Positions 9,954 through 19,646 of a DNA stretch of 64,000 bases are shown here, one piece after another. The notes under the pieces are model-generated. The model had not been told where the DNA came from. It saw only the letters and a program-made list of their open reading frames with translations, and made no database searches. The DNA is from a virus, in IMG/VR virus record IMGVR_UViG_3300032731_001452, positions 5,218 to 69,217 of that record. One strand, given 5' to 3'. A program made the translations under genes and the position numbers. How positions within the stretch are numbered: the first letter of the stretch is position 1; each line of letters starts with the position of its first letter.

Positions 9954-11375
9954 TTACTCAGAAATAATGTGAGTTTCAACGACTCGATCGGACAGATTTC
10001 CATCAGCACGGCGCCACCGAACGAGCGCCGCGCCATCTTCTTGAAGACTCTTGTTTGTAATCCGAATCACTTCGTCATGACCGCTCTTTTGCGCTCGCGG
10101 AAGGTGCTTCAACACGGGCGTTGTCGAACCAGCCAAGAGCTTCTCCATCTGACGGCGCCGTTCCATCGCGCTTACGTCCTGAAGCGAGCCGTCGAGAAAC
10201 ACGCAGTCCTCAACGTAAAAAGCAGCGCCGCCGTCATTAATGCTACCGTCCAAGATACCTTGGATAGTTTGGGCACCTTCGCTTTTTTCGAATCTACTTG
10301 TGACGTTCCCGGTCAAAATAACACGACCGACCGACCGAAACTCCATCACCTTCAAAGAGTCGTGTACACGTTTGAACAAACGCGTAACGTCTTTACCCCG
10401 TAAGTAAAGATGGATGATTGGCTCGGCTTGCGTTACCTCTACATGAGCTTCCAGCTCATCACCCGGGAACCATGAAGTGATGAGTACATCGGCGTTTTTA
10501 GTTTCCCACGTCTTCCAAGCCTTTTCCGCGGATAACGCGCGCGTAATCTGGGATGGAACTGATACCGGGTTACCAAACGCAACCTTCAACGCTTCAGCGG
10601 AAGGCGGGGTGGATTTAGGGGAGGCTTGCCTAGATGGCGTTTCAGTTTCACGATGTCGTTTAGTTACTGTATTTGAAGATGACGATTTACTCTTGTCGGT
10701 TGGGTTTAATAACGCGTCGAACATTTCCGACAAGTTCGGAATCTCTTGGTAATCGTCATCATTTACGGAATGAACGTGACAATCAGCTTCTGATAGCGAC
10801 CACTCTACTATTGTATGAAGATGACCGTTATTAAAAGTTGTAACGCCGTTACCCTTTGCTGAATCCAGAATCACGACGTTGTGTGAATGAGTTTCTTCTA
10901 CACTTGTTTTCGCAACGGTAAGTAAGGAGCTACGAGAAAACGAACTAAATAGCGCGTCGCTAAATAACAACGCTGTAACCGAGTCGCTCTGTGATTCGGT
11001 TATCTTAAATGGAATCGTTAACTTGTGAGCGTGAGACGCGGAATTGAGAATTCGACCGTTACGAATCATGTGGTAATGACCTTCAACAGGGTCGGTAAAA
11101 CCACTACCGTTACGGTTTATCATTGAGGCGTGACGGTGCTTTTGCTCTTTTTCTGTTGTAAGCTCGAAATCAGATATACTAGCCGTCTTCTTGTCTAAAG
11201 CGTCATTGACGTGATGAATAAGTGAACGTTCATCCAAAACCGCCAACACTTCGGCGTGATACCAAGACAAAAACTCTTCGTCTACATCCCCCAATACGCC
11301 ATGCAAACTATCATGCAATGACCAAAGTGCGCCGTCGGGGAGGGATTGTAGTCGAGAGAGTGTGGGGAATTGCAT
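9954..11375 (-). CDS. His-repeat protein with degenerate ATP-dependent DNA-ligase-like C-terminal domain
   Basis: Repeated HxH motifs (GHYH, HAH, HSH, GHLH, HVH); FYVEDCVFLDGSLQDVSAMERRRQMEKLL resembles the ligase FD.L..DG..L...ERR..LE.L motif. Confidence 0.55.
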   Translation of the reverse strand: MQFPTLSRLQSLPDGALWSLHDSLHGVLGDVDEEFLSWYHAEVLAVLDERSLIHHVNDALDKKTASISDFELTTEKEQKHRHASMINRNGSGFTDPVEGHYHMIRNGRILNSASHAHKLTIPFKITESQSDSVTALLFSDALFSSFSRSSLLTVAKTSVEETHSHNVVILDSAKGNGVTTFNNGHLHTIVEWSLSEADCHVHSVNDDDYQEIPNLSEMFDALLNPTDKSKSSSSNTVTKRHRETETPSRQASPKSTPPSAEALKVAFGNPVSVPSQITRALSAEKAWKTWETKNADVLITSWFPGDELEAHVEVTQAEPIIHLYLRGKDVTRLFKRVHDSLKVMEFRSVGRVILTGNVTSRFEKSEGAQTIQGILDGSINDGGAAFYVEDCVFLDGSLQDVSAMERRRQMEKLLAGSTTPVLKHLPRAQKSGHDEVIRITNKSLQEDGAALVRWRRADGNLSDRVVETHIISE

Positions 11376-11425
11376 AGAAGAAGAACCACCTTCGAGGCTG
11401 ATTCTTCTACTACTTTAGGAATCTG

Positions 11426-13168
11426 TCAAGAAGAAGGTTTCTGAATTCCTAATCCAAAAATACCAAGATCCTTGACCAAGGAGGGCATGTGGTGACGCAT
11501 GACCTGCGCAGCCGCTTCTTGTTCCTTAGACTCGTCATCATCATCTTCGGGCGGTTCTTCACCATCTTCTTCGAAATCACCGGGTAATCCAAGATCATCC
11601 GGTTCCACTCGCAGCTTGAGAATCCCGAGGGTGATAAACAACGGTAGCTCAGCCCACGCACCCTCCCACAACGCCAGGTTAAACCCTTGCGTATTGAGGT
11701 AACGCCGAATGTCGTTGGGGCTAAACGCGCCACCCTGGATGTAACGGCTAATCAGCTGCGATTGCTCGATCTCGTCGGCGGCTGGTGGACGAATCATCTT
11801 GAACTGCACGATGATGTCTTTTTCGTCAATACCGTGCGATTTGAGAACGTCGAAGATGATGCTGTTGTTGATGACGTATTCCAGCTCTTCCGTCTCAGGT
11901 TTGAACGCTTGTTCAATCGTGATGTGCCGCGCAACGGCCGCGGACGCACGATTCGTTCCTTCAGTCGAACCGTAGAAGAGCGCAGCCAGCCCAAACGCCT
12001 CGCGAATTTCTTCGTTATTGGCGTCGCGATACTTCTGGAAGGTTGCGTCTTCGCCGCTGGCGATAGTGAGCGGAATTACCTTGATCTCAGGCGAAACGTT
12101 AGCCGCTGGTCCAGCCTTCTGAACGGATAGCACCATGACGCGATTGCTTCGCATATCGTCGGTGTTTCGCGCGCCAGCGTTCAAGAAACGATGAATGGAC
12201 TTCTCTGACTCTGACGTCAGCGTACCACCGCTTACCGTGATAATGGCCCGCGGCATCGCGTCGGTGATTTGCGTGTTACGGTTTCGCTGCGCTGAATACC
12301 AGTTCCCGCTAACCGCCATCGCCGCCGAAGCGTGCGGGGGCGCGCCGACCTTCTCGAGATCGGAGCTGTACTCGATGAAGGTGAATAACTCGGTCGCGCG
12401 AAGGCTGACATCCAGCGCGCCGTCCTTCGCGCCATCATGGATTTTCCCGGTTTCGGCGTTGACGACGAGCGTGTCGCCAAACTCCTTGAAGTACTTCTTC
12501 CGAGCTGAACCTGTAGTCGACCCGGCAGTAGACCCGCCAGAAATATGCTTCTTCTGAATCCAACTTGGAGTGTCGCGCTTGAGGGGGTAAATATCTTTCG
12601 ATTGAGCGTGATACAAGCCGTCGATTTCGCTCACGACATCGCGCGTAACTTCCACGTGACCCTTACCGGTTGCCTTTCGATCGTACCAGCAACGATACAA
12701 AAGGGTGCTCAATGGCCACTTAGGATTCGGGCGCCCCAGGAGATTCATTACAAGCGCTTGTTGACGTTCGAATTCTTCCATCTGTTCGCCGGCCATCGTC
12801 GCTTCGTTGATGGTTGGCGACAAAATCCATCGAAGGCCAGCAACGTTTTGTGCAACGATACGACAGCTCGTACGTACGCGCGTGTTCATCTCGGGCGTCT
12901 TAGCCCAGTACGTAGGATCGTAATCGGGGTAAAGAATCTCTTCGAAAAGCGTCTTCCCAAACCTCGCCTTAGCGTCCGTATCGCTGAGCTGCTGCGAACG
13001 AGCGGAACCGTCTGGAAACATCAATTCTTTGATGGCAAAGTCGCCACCCTGATCGAACAAGCCGTAAAAGTTGACGCCTAAATCAGCGTCGGTCGAAGGT
13101 GGTCCAGCATCAACCGCGCCGTCGATAGCCTGTACGGAATCGGAAGTGTTTAACTCTTCTTTTGGCAT
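11426..13168 (-). CDS. Portal protein
   Basis: LLGRPNP, DRKATGKGHVEVTRD, EDATFQKYRDANNEEIREAFGL, NRASA and FSPNDIR motifs of HK97/PBSX-type portals. Confidence 0.9.
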   Translation of the reverse strand: MPKEELNTSDSVQAIDGAVDAGPPSTDADLGVNFYGLFDQGGDFAIKELMFPDGSARSQQLSDTDAKARFGKTLFEEILYPDYDPTYWAKTPEMNTRVRTSCRIVAQNVAGLRWILSPTINEATMAGEQMEEFERQQALVMNLLGRPNPKWPLSTLLYRCWYDRKATGKGHVEVTRDVVSEIDGLYHAQSKDIYPLKRDTPSWIQKKHISGGSTAGSTTGSARKKYFKEFGDTLVVNAETGKIHDGAKDGALDVSLRATELFTFIEYSSDLEKVGAPPHASAAMAVSGNWYSAQRNRNTQITDAMPRAIITVSGGTLTSESEKSIHRFLNAGARNTDDMRSNRVMVLSVQKAGPAANVSPEIKVIPLTIASGEDATFQKYRDANNEEIREAFGLAALFYGSTEGTNRASAAVARHITIEQAFKPETEELEYVINNSIIFDVLKSHGIDEKDIIVQFKMIRPPAADEIEQSQLISRYIQGGAFSPNDIRRYLNTQGFNLALWEGAWAELPLFITLGILKLRVEPDDLGLPGDFEEDGEEPPEDDDDESKEQEAAAQVMRHHMPSLVKDLGIFGLGIQKPSS

Positions 13169-13171
13169 TTC

Positions 13172-13537
13172 TTATTCCAGGGGCTTGAAACACCCGTCTT
13201 GATAGGGCGCGTCGGAAGCGTTTACGGAAAACCCAGTTTCCACGCAGAGGTTACCATTCCGATCGCGACACGCACCACATGTTTCTTCTTCGTACTCGGT
13301 GGTGTTCGCGAGCGCCGTCATGTCCATGCACCAATACGCGATACCTTGATCTACCGTGATGAGCACCCACCCTTCGTTCGCGATTCGGTTTAGCGCATCG
13401 GTGGATGACTCAAGATCAACGAGTTCGGTTTCTTCCTCCATGACGAGCGCGGACGTCGTCATGTAGGCGAAGTTCGGAAGCGATCTATCAAACGCCTCTT
13501 CTTGTTGATCGTTAGCTGCCAAGGATACGCTTTTCAA
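13172..13537 (-). CDS. Hypothetical protein (DUF4177-like segment plus Cys cluster)
   Basis: LNRIANEGWVLITV; C-terminal CxxC...C...C; start uncertain. Confidence 0.5.
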   Translation of the reverse strand: MKSVSLAANDQQEEAFDRSLPNFAYMTTSALVMEEETELVDLESSTDALNRIANEGWVLITVDQGIAYWCMDMTALANTTEYEEETCGACRDRNGNLCVETGFSVNASDAPYQDGCFKPLE

Positions 13538-13697
13538 TTTGGTTGATGTTCTGCAACATGATCGTCGCTTCGTCGCCAGGCTGCGTCATAATCATGACGA
13601 ACTTCTTGATGAGACCGCAAATCATGATACCGTCACGTTTGGTCAAAGGTTTGTTGGCTACTTCTTCGGGAATCGTTACACCAGTAGGTTGCACCAT
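13512..13697 (-). CDS. Small hypothetical protein
   Basis: 61 aa with AGGAG RBS. Confidence 0.55.
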   Translation of the reverse strand: MVQPTGVTIPEEVANKPLTKRDGIMICGLIKKFVMIMTQPGDEATIMLQNINQIEKRILGS

Positions 13698-13698
13698 C

Positions 13699-14400
13699 TT
13701 AAATCTCCTTGGTTAAATCGTGCCACGGCGTGTTTGTTTTCTTGCCGGCACGGCGAATCTTGATTCGCTTTTCGTGTTGTAACGCTAGCGCTACCTGACG
13801 ATCCCAAAACGCCTGGTAGCTAACGTCTTTCTTTAAGAACCTAGGGAAAAGCACCTCGAATAACAAGCGCGCTGTATCTTTCACGTCTTGTAATGCGCGG
13901 TGATTAGGGTTGTCTTCGTCGAACAAGCCAAGTCGTTTAAGGACGTTCGTTTGTTTGTAACCACCGCGTAAGTTCGGCAAAATCTGTCGAGCCAAGACCA
14001 ACGGATCGGCACCAAAAAACGCGCCCCAAGGCTTTCCTAGCCGCTTCGCTTCGTTCAGAAGAATGAAGTGGTCGAACGACATGTTGTAGGCAACCAGCGT
14101 ATGTCCGCGAAACCGTTTTGCGATTTGGTTGTAGAGATCGTCGTCAAAAACAGGCGCGTCTTTAACCATCTTATCGCTGATCTTATGAACCTTCTGAGCA
14201 CCTGTCGGAATAGGCGTTTGCGGGTTCACGAGCGTAGACCATTCATCCAGCTGAGTACCGTCCTTGTCGAACTGAACGATGGCGATCTCAACGAGTCGAG
14301 CGTCACGATCAACGCCCGTTGTTTCGGTGTCGTAAACCGAAAAGGGTCGAGAGCGCCAATCAGCGTCTGCGTCTAAGTTACTCGGTAATTCGAACGGCAT
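13699..14400 (-). CDS. DEDDh 3'-5' exonuclease (DnaQ/epsilon-like)
   Basis: ExoI VYDTETTG, ExoII AYNMSFD, ExoIII HRALQD. Confidence 0.92.
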   Translation of the reverse strand: MPFELPSNLDADADWRSRPFSVYDTETTGVDRDARLVEIAIVQFDKDGTQLDEWSTLVNPQTPIPTGAQKVHKISDKMVKDAPVFDDDLYNQIAKRFRGHTLVAYNMSFDHFILLNEAKRLGKPWGAFFGADPLVLARQILPNLRGGYKQTNVLKRLGLFDEDNPNHRALQDVKDTARLLFEVLFPRFLKKDVSYQAFWDRQVALALQHEKRIKIRRAGKKTNTPWHDLTKEI

Positions 14401-14707
14401 CGATCAACCTCTTCAGTTCCTGAACCATCATCGAGCCCGACAGCTTCGTTTCGGTTTCAGCCTTCTCTACGGGGACGGCTTTCAACTGAACCTTCAGTTG
14501 CAAGTTATAGCTCTCGGAATGCAACTGATCGTCTAAAGGAGCTGATTCCAACTCCACGGTCTCGATCGCAGCTAACGCGTGCGCCGTCGCCAACAGATCG
14601 CGAACTGTACAGCTTTCTACGGGACTGACAAATTGGAAGGTATGGACAAAGGTTCCTTTGAGGGGATTGGTTGAATCATGAGAATTCCTCGTGCGTTTAC
14701 GTTCCAA
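14378..14707 (-). CDS. Hypothetical protein
   Basis: 109 aa overlapping ORF in the operon. Confidence 0.5.
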   Translation of the reverse strand: MERKRTRNSHDSTNPLKGTFVHTFQFVSPVESCTVRDLLATAHALAAIETVELESAPLDDQLHSESYNLQLKVQLKAVPVEKAETETKLSGSMMVQELKRLIDAVRITE

Positions 14708-15048
14708 CTTTTAGCTACCCCTTCACGTACAGCGGACTCAGCGATAAACAACTGGCCGATACGTTCTTCTTCCAATAAAGCGCCTGAACGCTTTAAATCG
14801 TTCGTAGTCATGGATTGTAGCTCACCGCGCATTAACCCAAAATCTTTGTAGATGAAATGGACAACTACGGTTGAAATTGAATTAGCTTGCAGTGGCGTCA
14901 GCTCAGGAAAATGTTCTACAAGAATAGGATTTAATTGATTGCGAACGTCACCCTTTTGAACTTCACTGTTAGATAAGTTCAGCGCAGAAACAACGTCACT
15001 AATATCTTTCATTAAACGTAGCTTTAATTTCCCCATGACGACCCGCAC
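14617..15048 (-). CDS. Hypothetical protein
   Basis: About 140 aa; start uncertain. Confidence 0.55.
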   Translation of the reverse strand: MRVVMGKLKLRLMKDISDVVSALNLSNSEVQKGDVRNQLNPILVEHFPELTPLQANSISTVVVHFIYKDFGLMRGELQSMTTNDLKRSGALLEEERIGQLFIAESAVREGVAKSWNVNARGILMIQPIPSKEPLSIPSNLSVP

Positions 15049-15548
15049 ACTTTCATGTAAATATCAAGAATGTATGGTGGCTTACGCAACCCTATAATTA
15101 ATTTTTGAGAATCTTCGATCAGATGTCTTAAATCAACTACTTCTACATCCTCTTCGTTTAAGACAGAGGTTAACATCTTTAATTGTACAGTTACGTATTT
15201 CAATTCCGCGGAATCTTGGCCGTAATACGTCTTTACTTCGTCTCTGATTTTTCGAAGAAAGTTAGCCGGCGTGTACCCTCGTCGTTGAGAGTTGTTTTGG
15301 ACCCTTTCCAAGAACACTCGTAAGGATACGTGTTCATGCCGCGCGGTCGATTCTAGCTGTAGCTGGATTTTCCGCGCGGACGAACTCGTCTTCCCACAAC
15401 CAGTGCAAGTGAAGCTTGTCCACCCCTTATCACAAGCAATCTTCAAGCATCTAGAGTTGTATAATTCGCAGTGGTCATCGCGAACAACTAAAGACTTTTG
15501 AGTCAGATCACACGGAAAAGGACCAAGGTTTTCGGTCTCATCAGCCAT
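15024..15548 (-). CDS. Hypothetical protein with N-terminal Cys cluster
   Basis: RDDHCELYNSRCLKIACDKGWTSFTCTGC, resembling a small Cys motif I recall from myxobacterial/deltaproteobacterial elements (not verified). Confidence 0.6.
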   Translation of the reverse strand: MADETENLGPFPCDLTQKSLVVRDDHCELYNSRCLKIACDKGWTSFTCTGCGKTSSSARKIQLQLESTARHEHVSLRVFLERVQNNSQRRGYTPANFLRKIRDEVKTYYGQDSAELKYVTVQLKMLTSVLNEEDVEVVDLRHLIEDSQKLIIGLRKPPYILDIYMKVCGSSWGN

Positions 15549-15551
15549 GTT

Positions 15552-15944
15552 TTAAACAGCGGGAGATTCTTTCCAAGCCTCGATTGACGCCTGTACAGCA
15601 GGCAATTCCAGCGCCGCCATAAAAGCTTCCGGTGAAATCTCAAACAACCGCTGAATTCGCGCTAGGATTTTTTCCTGGAATAGCGCTTGATCTTCTTCGG
15701 CTAGCACCTGCTCTCGGTGCGGAACTTCACCAAGCAAGCGGCGACGGAATAGATCTCGAATTTCCTTTACGTCCATGAGACGTTCCAGATCCTCATCGGT
15801 AAGGCGAATTTCCGCCGGTTGGTGTGCCTTCTTCCCAACGGCGATGGTCACCTCGAGCACCGCTTCTGCTGAATAATGCGCTGCGTCCTTGTGCTGAACG
15901 AGCTTCCATGGACCGTCAGGGCGCTGAATGAATTGCTTTTGCAT
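15552..15944 (-). CDS. Hypothetical protein
   Basis: 130 aa in the operon. Confidence 0.6.
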   Translation of the reverse strand: MQKQFIQRPDGPWKLVQHKDAAHYSAEAVLEVTIAVGKKAHQPAEIRLTDEDLERLMDVKEIRDLFRRRLLGEVPHREQVLAEEDQALFQEKILARIQRLFEISPEAFMAALELPAVQASIEAWKESPAV

Positions 15945-15945
15945 G

Positions 15946-16602
15946 CTAACTCTCCTGGCTTTCGCCGATAATCGAGACTACCAAATCATCACTTTCTGAA
16001 AAGTTTGCGGCTTGCAAACTTTCAGAAACCTCTTGCGTTGTTTTTCTAGGTGGCGCTTCTTTTTTGTTGGGTAAGAAACGACCAAACTTTTCATCGATAC
16101 TCGACGAGTCGTCAAACGCTTCGCCGAAATCTATCTCTTCGTAATCAGACTCGTCGACCGACTCTACGGAATCATCTTCGTCTTCTTCCGGCGCGTCGTT
16201 ATCTGAAACAGGCATTCTGGGCACGGGGATTTTGTCGCCTTCCGGATCCCAGTCGTCTTCATCATCCCAAGAAACTCGTTTCTCCTCGTCAGGTTCCGCG
16301 GCTTTAGCGACCACCTCGGCTACCTCAGACACCGAATCTTCGATAATCACTGAGTGGCTTGTAGGCGCGATGATTACCGCATCGTCAACTTCTAAGTCCT
16401 CTTCTGGGATTCGAACCTCGAAAGTTATGGGCGCGATTCCATACCCATTGGCTGAGATAGCTTTCCAATTACGGGAAAGATGTCCGTCGAGAGTCGTGGT
16501 CTCCGGATCGGTAGACGCTTCGCCGTATGGATTCCCACGCTCATCAATCGTTAGAAGTGCGTGAAACCGAAAAACGAGATCTTTTGACGAGCCAGAAGGC
16601 AT
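15946..16602 (-). CDS. Acidic hypothetical protein containing an in-frame palindrome copy
   Basis: 218 aa, D/E-rich; ESLQAANFSE is encoded by the dispersed repeat. Confidence 0.65.
   Translation of the reverse strand: MPSGSSKDLVFRFHALLTIDERGNPYGEASTDPETTTLDGHLSRNWKAISANGYGIAPITFEVRIPEEDLEVDDAVIIAPTSHSVIIEDSVSEVAEVVAKAAEPDEEKRVSWDDEDDWDPEGDKIPVPRMPVSDNDAPEEDEDDSVESVDESDYEEIDFGEAFDDSSSIDEKFGRFLPNKKEAPPRKTTQEVSESLQAANFSESDDLVVSIIGESQES
16000..16022. repeat. Dispersed palindrome AAAGTTTGC-N5-GCAAACTTT, copy 1
   Basis: aaagtttgcggcttgcaaacttt with extended arms tttctga...tcagaaa; inside a CDS. Confidence 0.95.
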
Positions 16603-17020
16603 ACGCTAAACCACCTAGATTGAAAGACAAGTGCATCACCGCGCTTGTCCACCATCCAAGATATAGTAGCGACGCCGTAAGAACCAAAGCGAAAACAAAG
16701 AAGAAAAGTGGTTTGCCGAACTGTCGATAATGCTGCCACGAAAAAACCAGCGAGCTAAAAACGGCGGCTGGCCACACCAAAATCGACGGCAACAACAGCA
16801 ACCACGAGCGATAGACGATCTCTTCTCCTATCGAAAAAACACTGACGACAGCCATGTCGCAAAGCGCAACGAAGCTCACGTCGTAACCATTCTTGAGGTA
16901 TTCGTCGACGATTTTTCCTCGTTGGTTCTTGTAGAGCAACCGATCGTTGATGGTTACAACGACTCGAAACAAGAGTCCGATTGCGACGGCGATTCCAAAC
17001 TTCAATAAAAGCAAACTCAT
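16544..17020 (-). CDS. CPBP (CAAX protease/Abi) family intramembrane metalloprotease
   Basis: EEIVYR, FSWQH and HLSFN motifs; several TM helices. Confidence 0.85.
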   Translation of the reverse strand: MSLLLLKFGIAVAIGLLFRVVVTINDRLLYKNQRGKIVDEYLKNGYDVSFVALCDMAVVSVFSIGEEIVYRSWLLLLPSILVWPAAVFSSLVFSWQHYRQFGKPLFFFVFALVLTASLLYLGWWTSAVMHLSFNLGGLAYAFWLVKRSRFSVSRTSND

Positions 17021-17026
17021 ACCGTG

Positions 17027-17054
17027 ATTGTATCTAACTTTACGTTTATGTCAA
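17027..17054 (-). promoter_or_regulatory. Sigma70-type promoter, probably leaderless
   Basis: TTGACA-16-TACAAT, then 6 nt to ATG 17020. Confidence 0.7.
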
Positions 17055-17131
17055 GGTTTATTCTACAGCTACATAACCGCTCAGGTTTAAAACACCTTGC
17101 GGATAACCGCCAAACCCGCATACCATAAGGC

Positions 17132-17791
17132 ATGGTTTCCGCTAGCGTTATTACCGCATCCAAGAAGCAAGCTCTTCGACTCGCCAAGACGAGCGCTGTG
17201 GAAGATCGACGTGAAACCGTCAAGCTTCTGGTCCTTACCGGCAAGCAACCAGCCAACAAGATCGCTCGACAGTTCAAGGTTTCGTTACAGACGATCTACA
17301 ACGACATGGCGCTCGTTAGAGAGCGTACGCGAGACTCTCTGCAAGCCAATAAAGATGGCACGCGCGCGGAACAAGTATTACTAGACGCGCTTTCAAGTAC
17401 AGACGAACGAATCAGACGTCTCTGGAACATGCTCCGGGAAAATGAAGAAGAGAAGCAAGCCATCCTTGAGGGGATCAGAGCCGGACTAGGGGATGAGCGC
17501 CCTAGCGTAAACGCCGACTACGCTAAGTCGATTCAGACCTATGACAAAAGTGCTCTGGATACCATGCGGCAAATCCGTGCCGAAGAAGACCACCAAGCAA
17601 AACTGTTACACAAGTTTGGCGTCTTACAACCTCAAGTAAACGTCAACCAAAAGGTGACTGTGCGAGATGATACCGCTATGGTAGAAGCGATGGCGAACGC
17701 TATCAATGAATCAATCAAAGACCCCAAGCAATGCGAGCGCTTAAAGAATGCCATCTTCAGACAACTTCAAGGACCAGCTGGGACGACTTGA
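17132..17791 (+). CDS. Terminase small subunit (putative)
   Basis: N-terminal HTH (ANKIARQFKVSLQTIYNDM), helical core, overlaps TerL. Confidence 0.7.
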   Translation: MVSASVITASKKQALRLAKTSAVEDRRETVKLLVLTGKQPANKIARQFKVSLQTIYNDMALVRERTRDSLQANKDGTRAEQVLLDALSSTDERIRRLWNMLRENEEEKQAILEGIRAGLGDERPSVNADYAKSIQTYDKSALDTMRQIRAEEDHQAKLLHKFGVLQPQVNVNQKVTVRDDTAMVEAMANAINESIKDPKQCERLKNAIFRQLQGPAGTT

Positions 17792-19595
17792 TAATAGCCA
17801 GCTAAGACAACTTTACGACCGAATCATTACAGTTAAAGGCGGTCACGCCGAATGGGAATTCGATCCCGCCGAACCACTTCAATTTATCAACAGTCGTGAT
17901 TACTGCGGTCTTAAACGTGAATGCGCTTCTGTAATTAAACGTGAGTTTTGTAAGTTGTTCGAAGGCGAACCACTTCACTGGGACCATAACTTAGGTATTG
18001 TAGTAGGCGCTATTGGGCTTGGTAAATCTTATTTACTTAGCTTAATCATGGCTTACGTAGCCCACTGTCTTCTATGCTTACGTAACCCACCCGAATACTT
18101 CACTAGCCGCGGTCACGAAATCTCACCAGGCTCCAAGCTTTCCATCATCAACGCCTCGATCTCAAAAGAAAACGCGAAGAAGGTGGTATTCAGCGAAGTT
18201 CAAAACAAAATCGTCAACAACCCATGGTTCATGCGGAACTACCCGCCTAACGACCGCGTTACCAGCGAACTGATGTTCGACTCCGTTCCGAGAACCAACA
18301 AACTGAGGTTAGAAGATCTTGAAAACGGCGTCATCCGCAAGAATATCTGCATCACACCTGGCGGTTCGAGCATGGGCTCGATGGTTGGCTATTCAGTGTT
18401 TTGTGGAATCATGGATGAGGCGACGTTGTTTCAGTCTCGACGCGGGGACGATCTAGCTGATCTCGTCTACTCCGCAATGGATCGACGAATCTACTCCCGA
18501 TTCGGGGCGAAGATGGGTATGCGCGTAATCGCCGGCTCACCGCTCTACATCGGTGATTTTCTTGAACGAAAAGAAATTGAGGTTCGAACAACAGATCTGA
18601 AAAACGTCAAGGCGCACGTCATTCGCCGACCCATTTGGGATCGAAAACTTCCGATGTGGTTTTCGCAGGGCAAGCCCGTTTTTCACGTCAATATTGAAAC
18701 CGCGGAACTAGTCAAAAACCCGGAAACCTACGACCCTCCAAATAACAAATGGATAAAGGTTCCGATGGAATACTGGGATGTCTTTAAGACAAACCCTGAA
18801 GGGTCACTTCGAGATCTGGCCGCTCGACCTTCCGCTGCTATTGTTCGGTTCTTTGAAAACATCAAGATCGTGGCAAGTCTCGTCAACACGGACCGGTCAG
18901 ACCCAATCGTCTACAATCGTGAGAAGCAAACTTGGGAACTTGCTGAATGGTTTAAGCCAGCGAATCCAGACCTGTGGTACGCGATACATTTCGACGTAGC
19001 GCTTGGCGGGAAGCAGTTCCGACGCGTTGATACCGTTGAGATTGGAACTACGCGCGATCGGCAGCACGACGCCTGTGGCATCGCAATGGGTCACGTCGAA
19101 AGTTACAACGACAAAGGAAAACCGAAAATAGTTATCGACATGATGCACGCTCTGAAAGGACAGGTGGAACGCGTCGGACCTGGTGGAAAATTCGAACGCG
19201 GCGCTATCCGAATGGAGGAGTTGATTGGTTGGGTAGACGCCTTGGCTCGTCGGGGATTTCAAATCGCCGTCATAACCATGGATGGATTCCAGAGCGCTTA
19301 CTTGATGCAACAACTCGAAGATCGTTTTTACGCCGCGAAGTATCTATCGGTAGATCGAGACATCGGACCTTACATCGACTTCAAGGAAACGTTGCTGGAC
19401 GAACGTCTTGACTACTACTATCACGAGCAATTCATCAACGAAGCGCAACGGCTCGAGAAGATCGCGGGTAAGAAAATCGACCACGCGCCCGGCTCGTCTA
19501 AAGACGTTACAGACTCCGTTGCGGGTGTCGTTCACACGCTAATTCAGATCGAAGGACTAGGCGCCAACCAAGAGGTTGAGGTAAAGGTGTACTAG
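17748..19595 (+). CDS. Terminase large subunit
   Basis: Walker A GAIGLGKS, Walker B GIMDE, nuclease motifs IHFDVA, MDGFQS and IDHAPGSSKDVTDSVAG. Confidence 0.93.
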   Translation: MPSSDNFKDQLGRLDNSQLRQLYDRIITVKGGHAEWEFDPAEPLQFINSRDYCGLKRECASVIKREFCKLFEGEPLHWDHNLGIVVGAIGLGKSYLLSLIMAYVAHCLLCLRNPPEYFTSRGHEISPGSKLSIINASISKENAKKVVFSEVQNKIVNNPWFMRNYPPNDRVTSELMFDSVPRTNKLRLEDLENGVIRKNICITPGGSSMGSMVGYSVFCGIMDEATLFQSRRGDDLADLVYSAMDRRIYSRFGAKMGMRVIAGSPLYIGDFLERKEIEVRTTDLKNVKAHVIRRPIWDRKLPMWFSQGKPVFHVNIETAELVKNPETYDPPNNKWIKVPMEYWDVFKTNPEGSLRDLAARPSAAIVRFFENIKIVASLVNTDRSDPIVYNREKQTWELAEWFKPANPDLWYAIHFDVALGGKQFRRVDTVEIGTTRDRQHDACGIAMGHVESYNDKGKPKIVIDMMHALKGQVERVGPGGKFERGAIRMEELIGWVDALARRGFQIAVITMDGFQSAYLMQQLEDRFYAAKYLSVDRDIGPYIDFKETLLDERLDYYYHEQFINEAQRLEKIAGKKIDHAPGSSKDVTDSVAGVVHTLIQIEGLGANQEVEVKVY

Positions 19596-19646
19596 CGCGC
19601 GCAAGCGCTATTATCTGATTGCAAACAAACTTCTCTTTAGATACCC

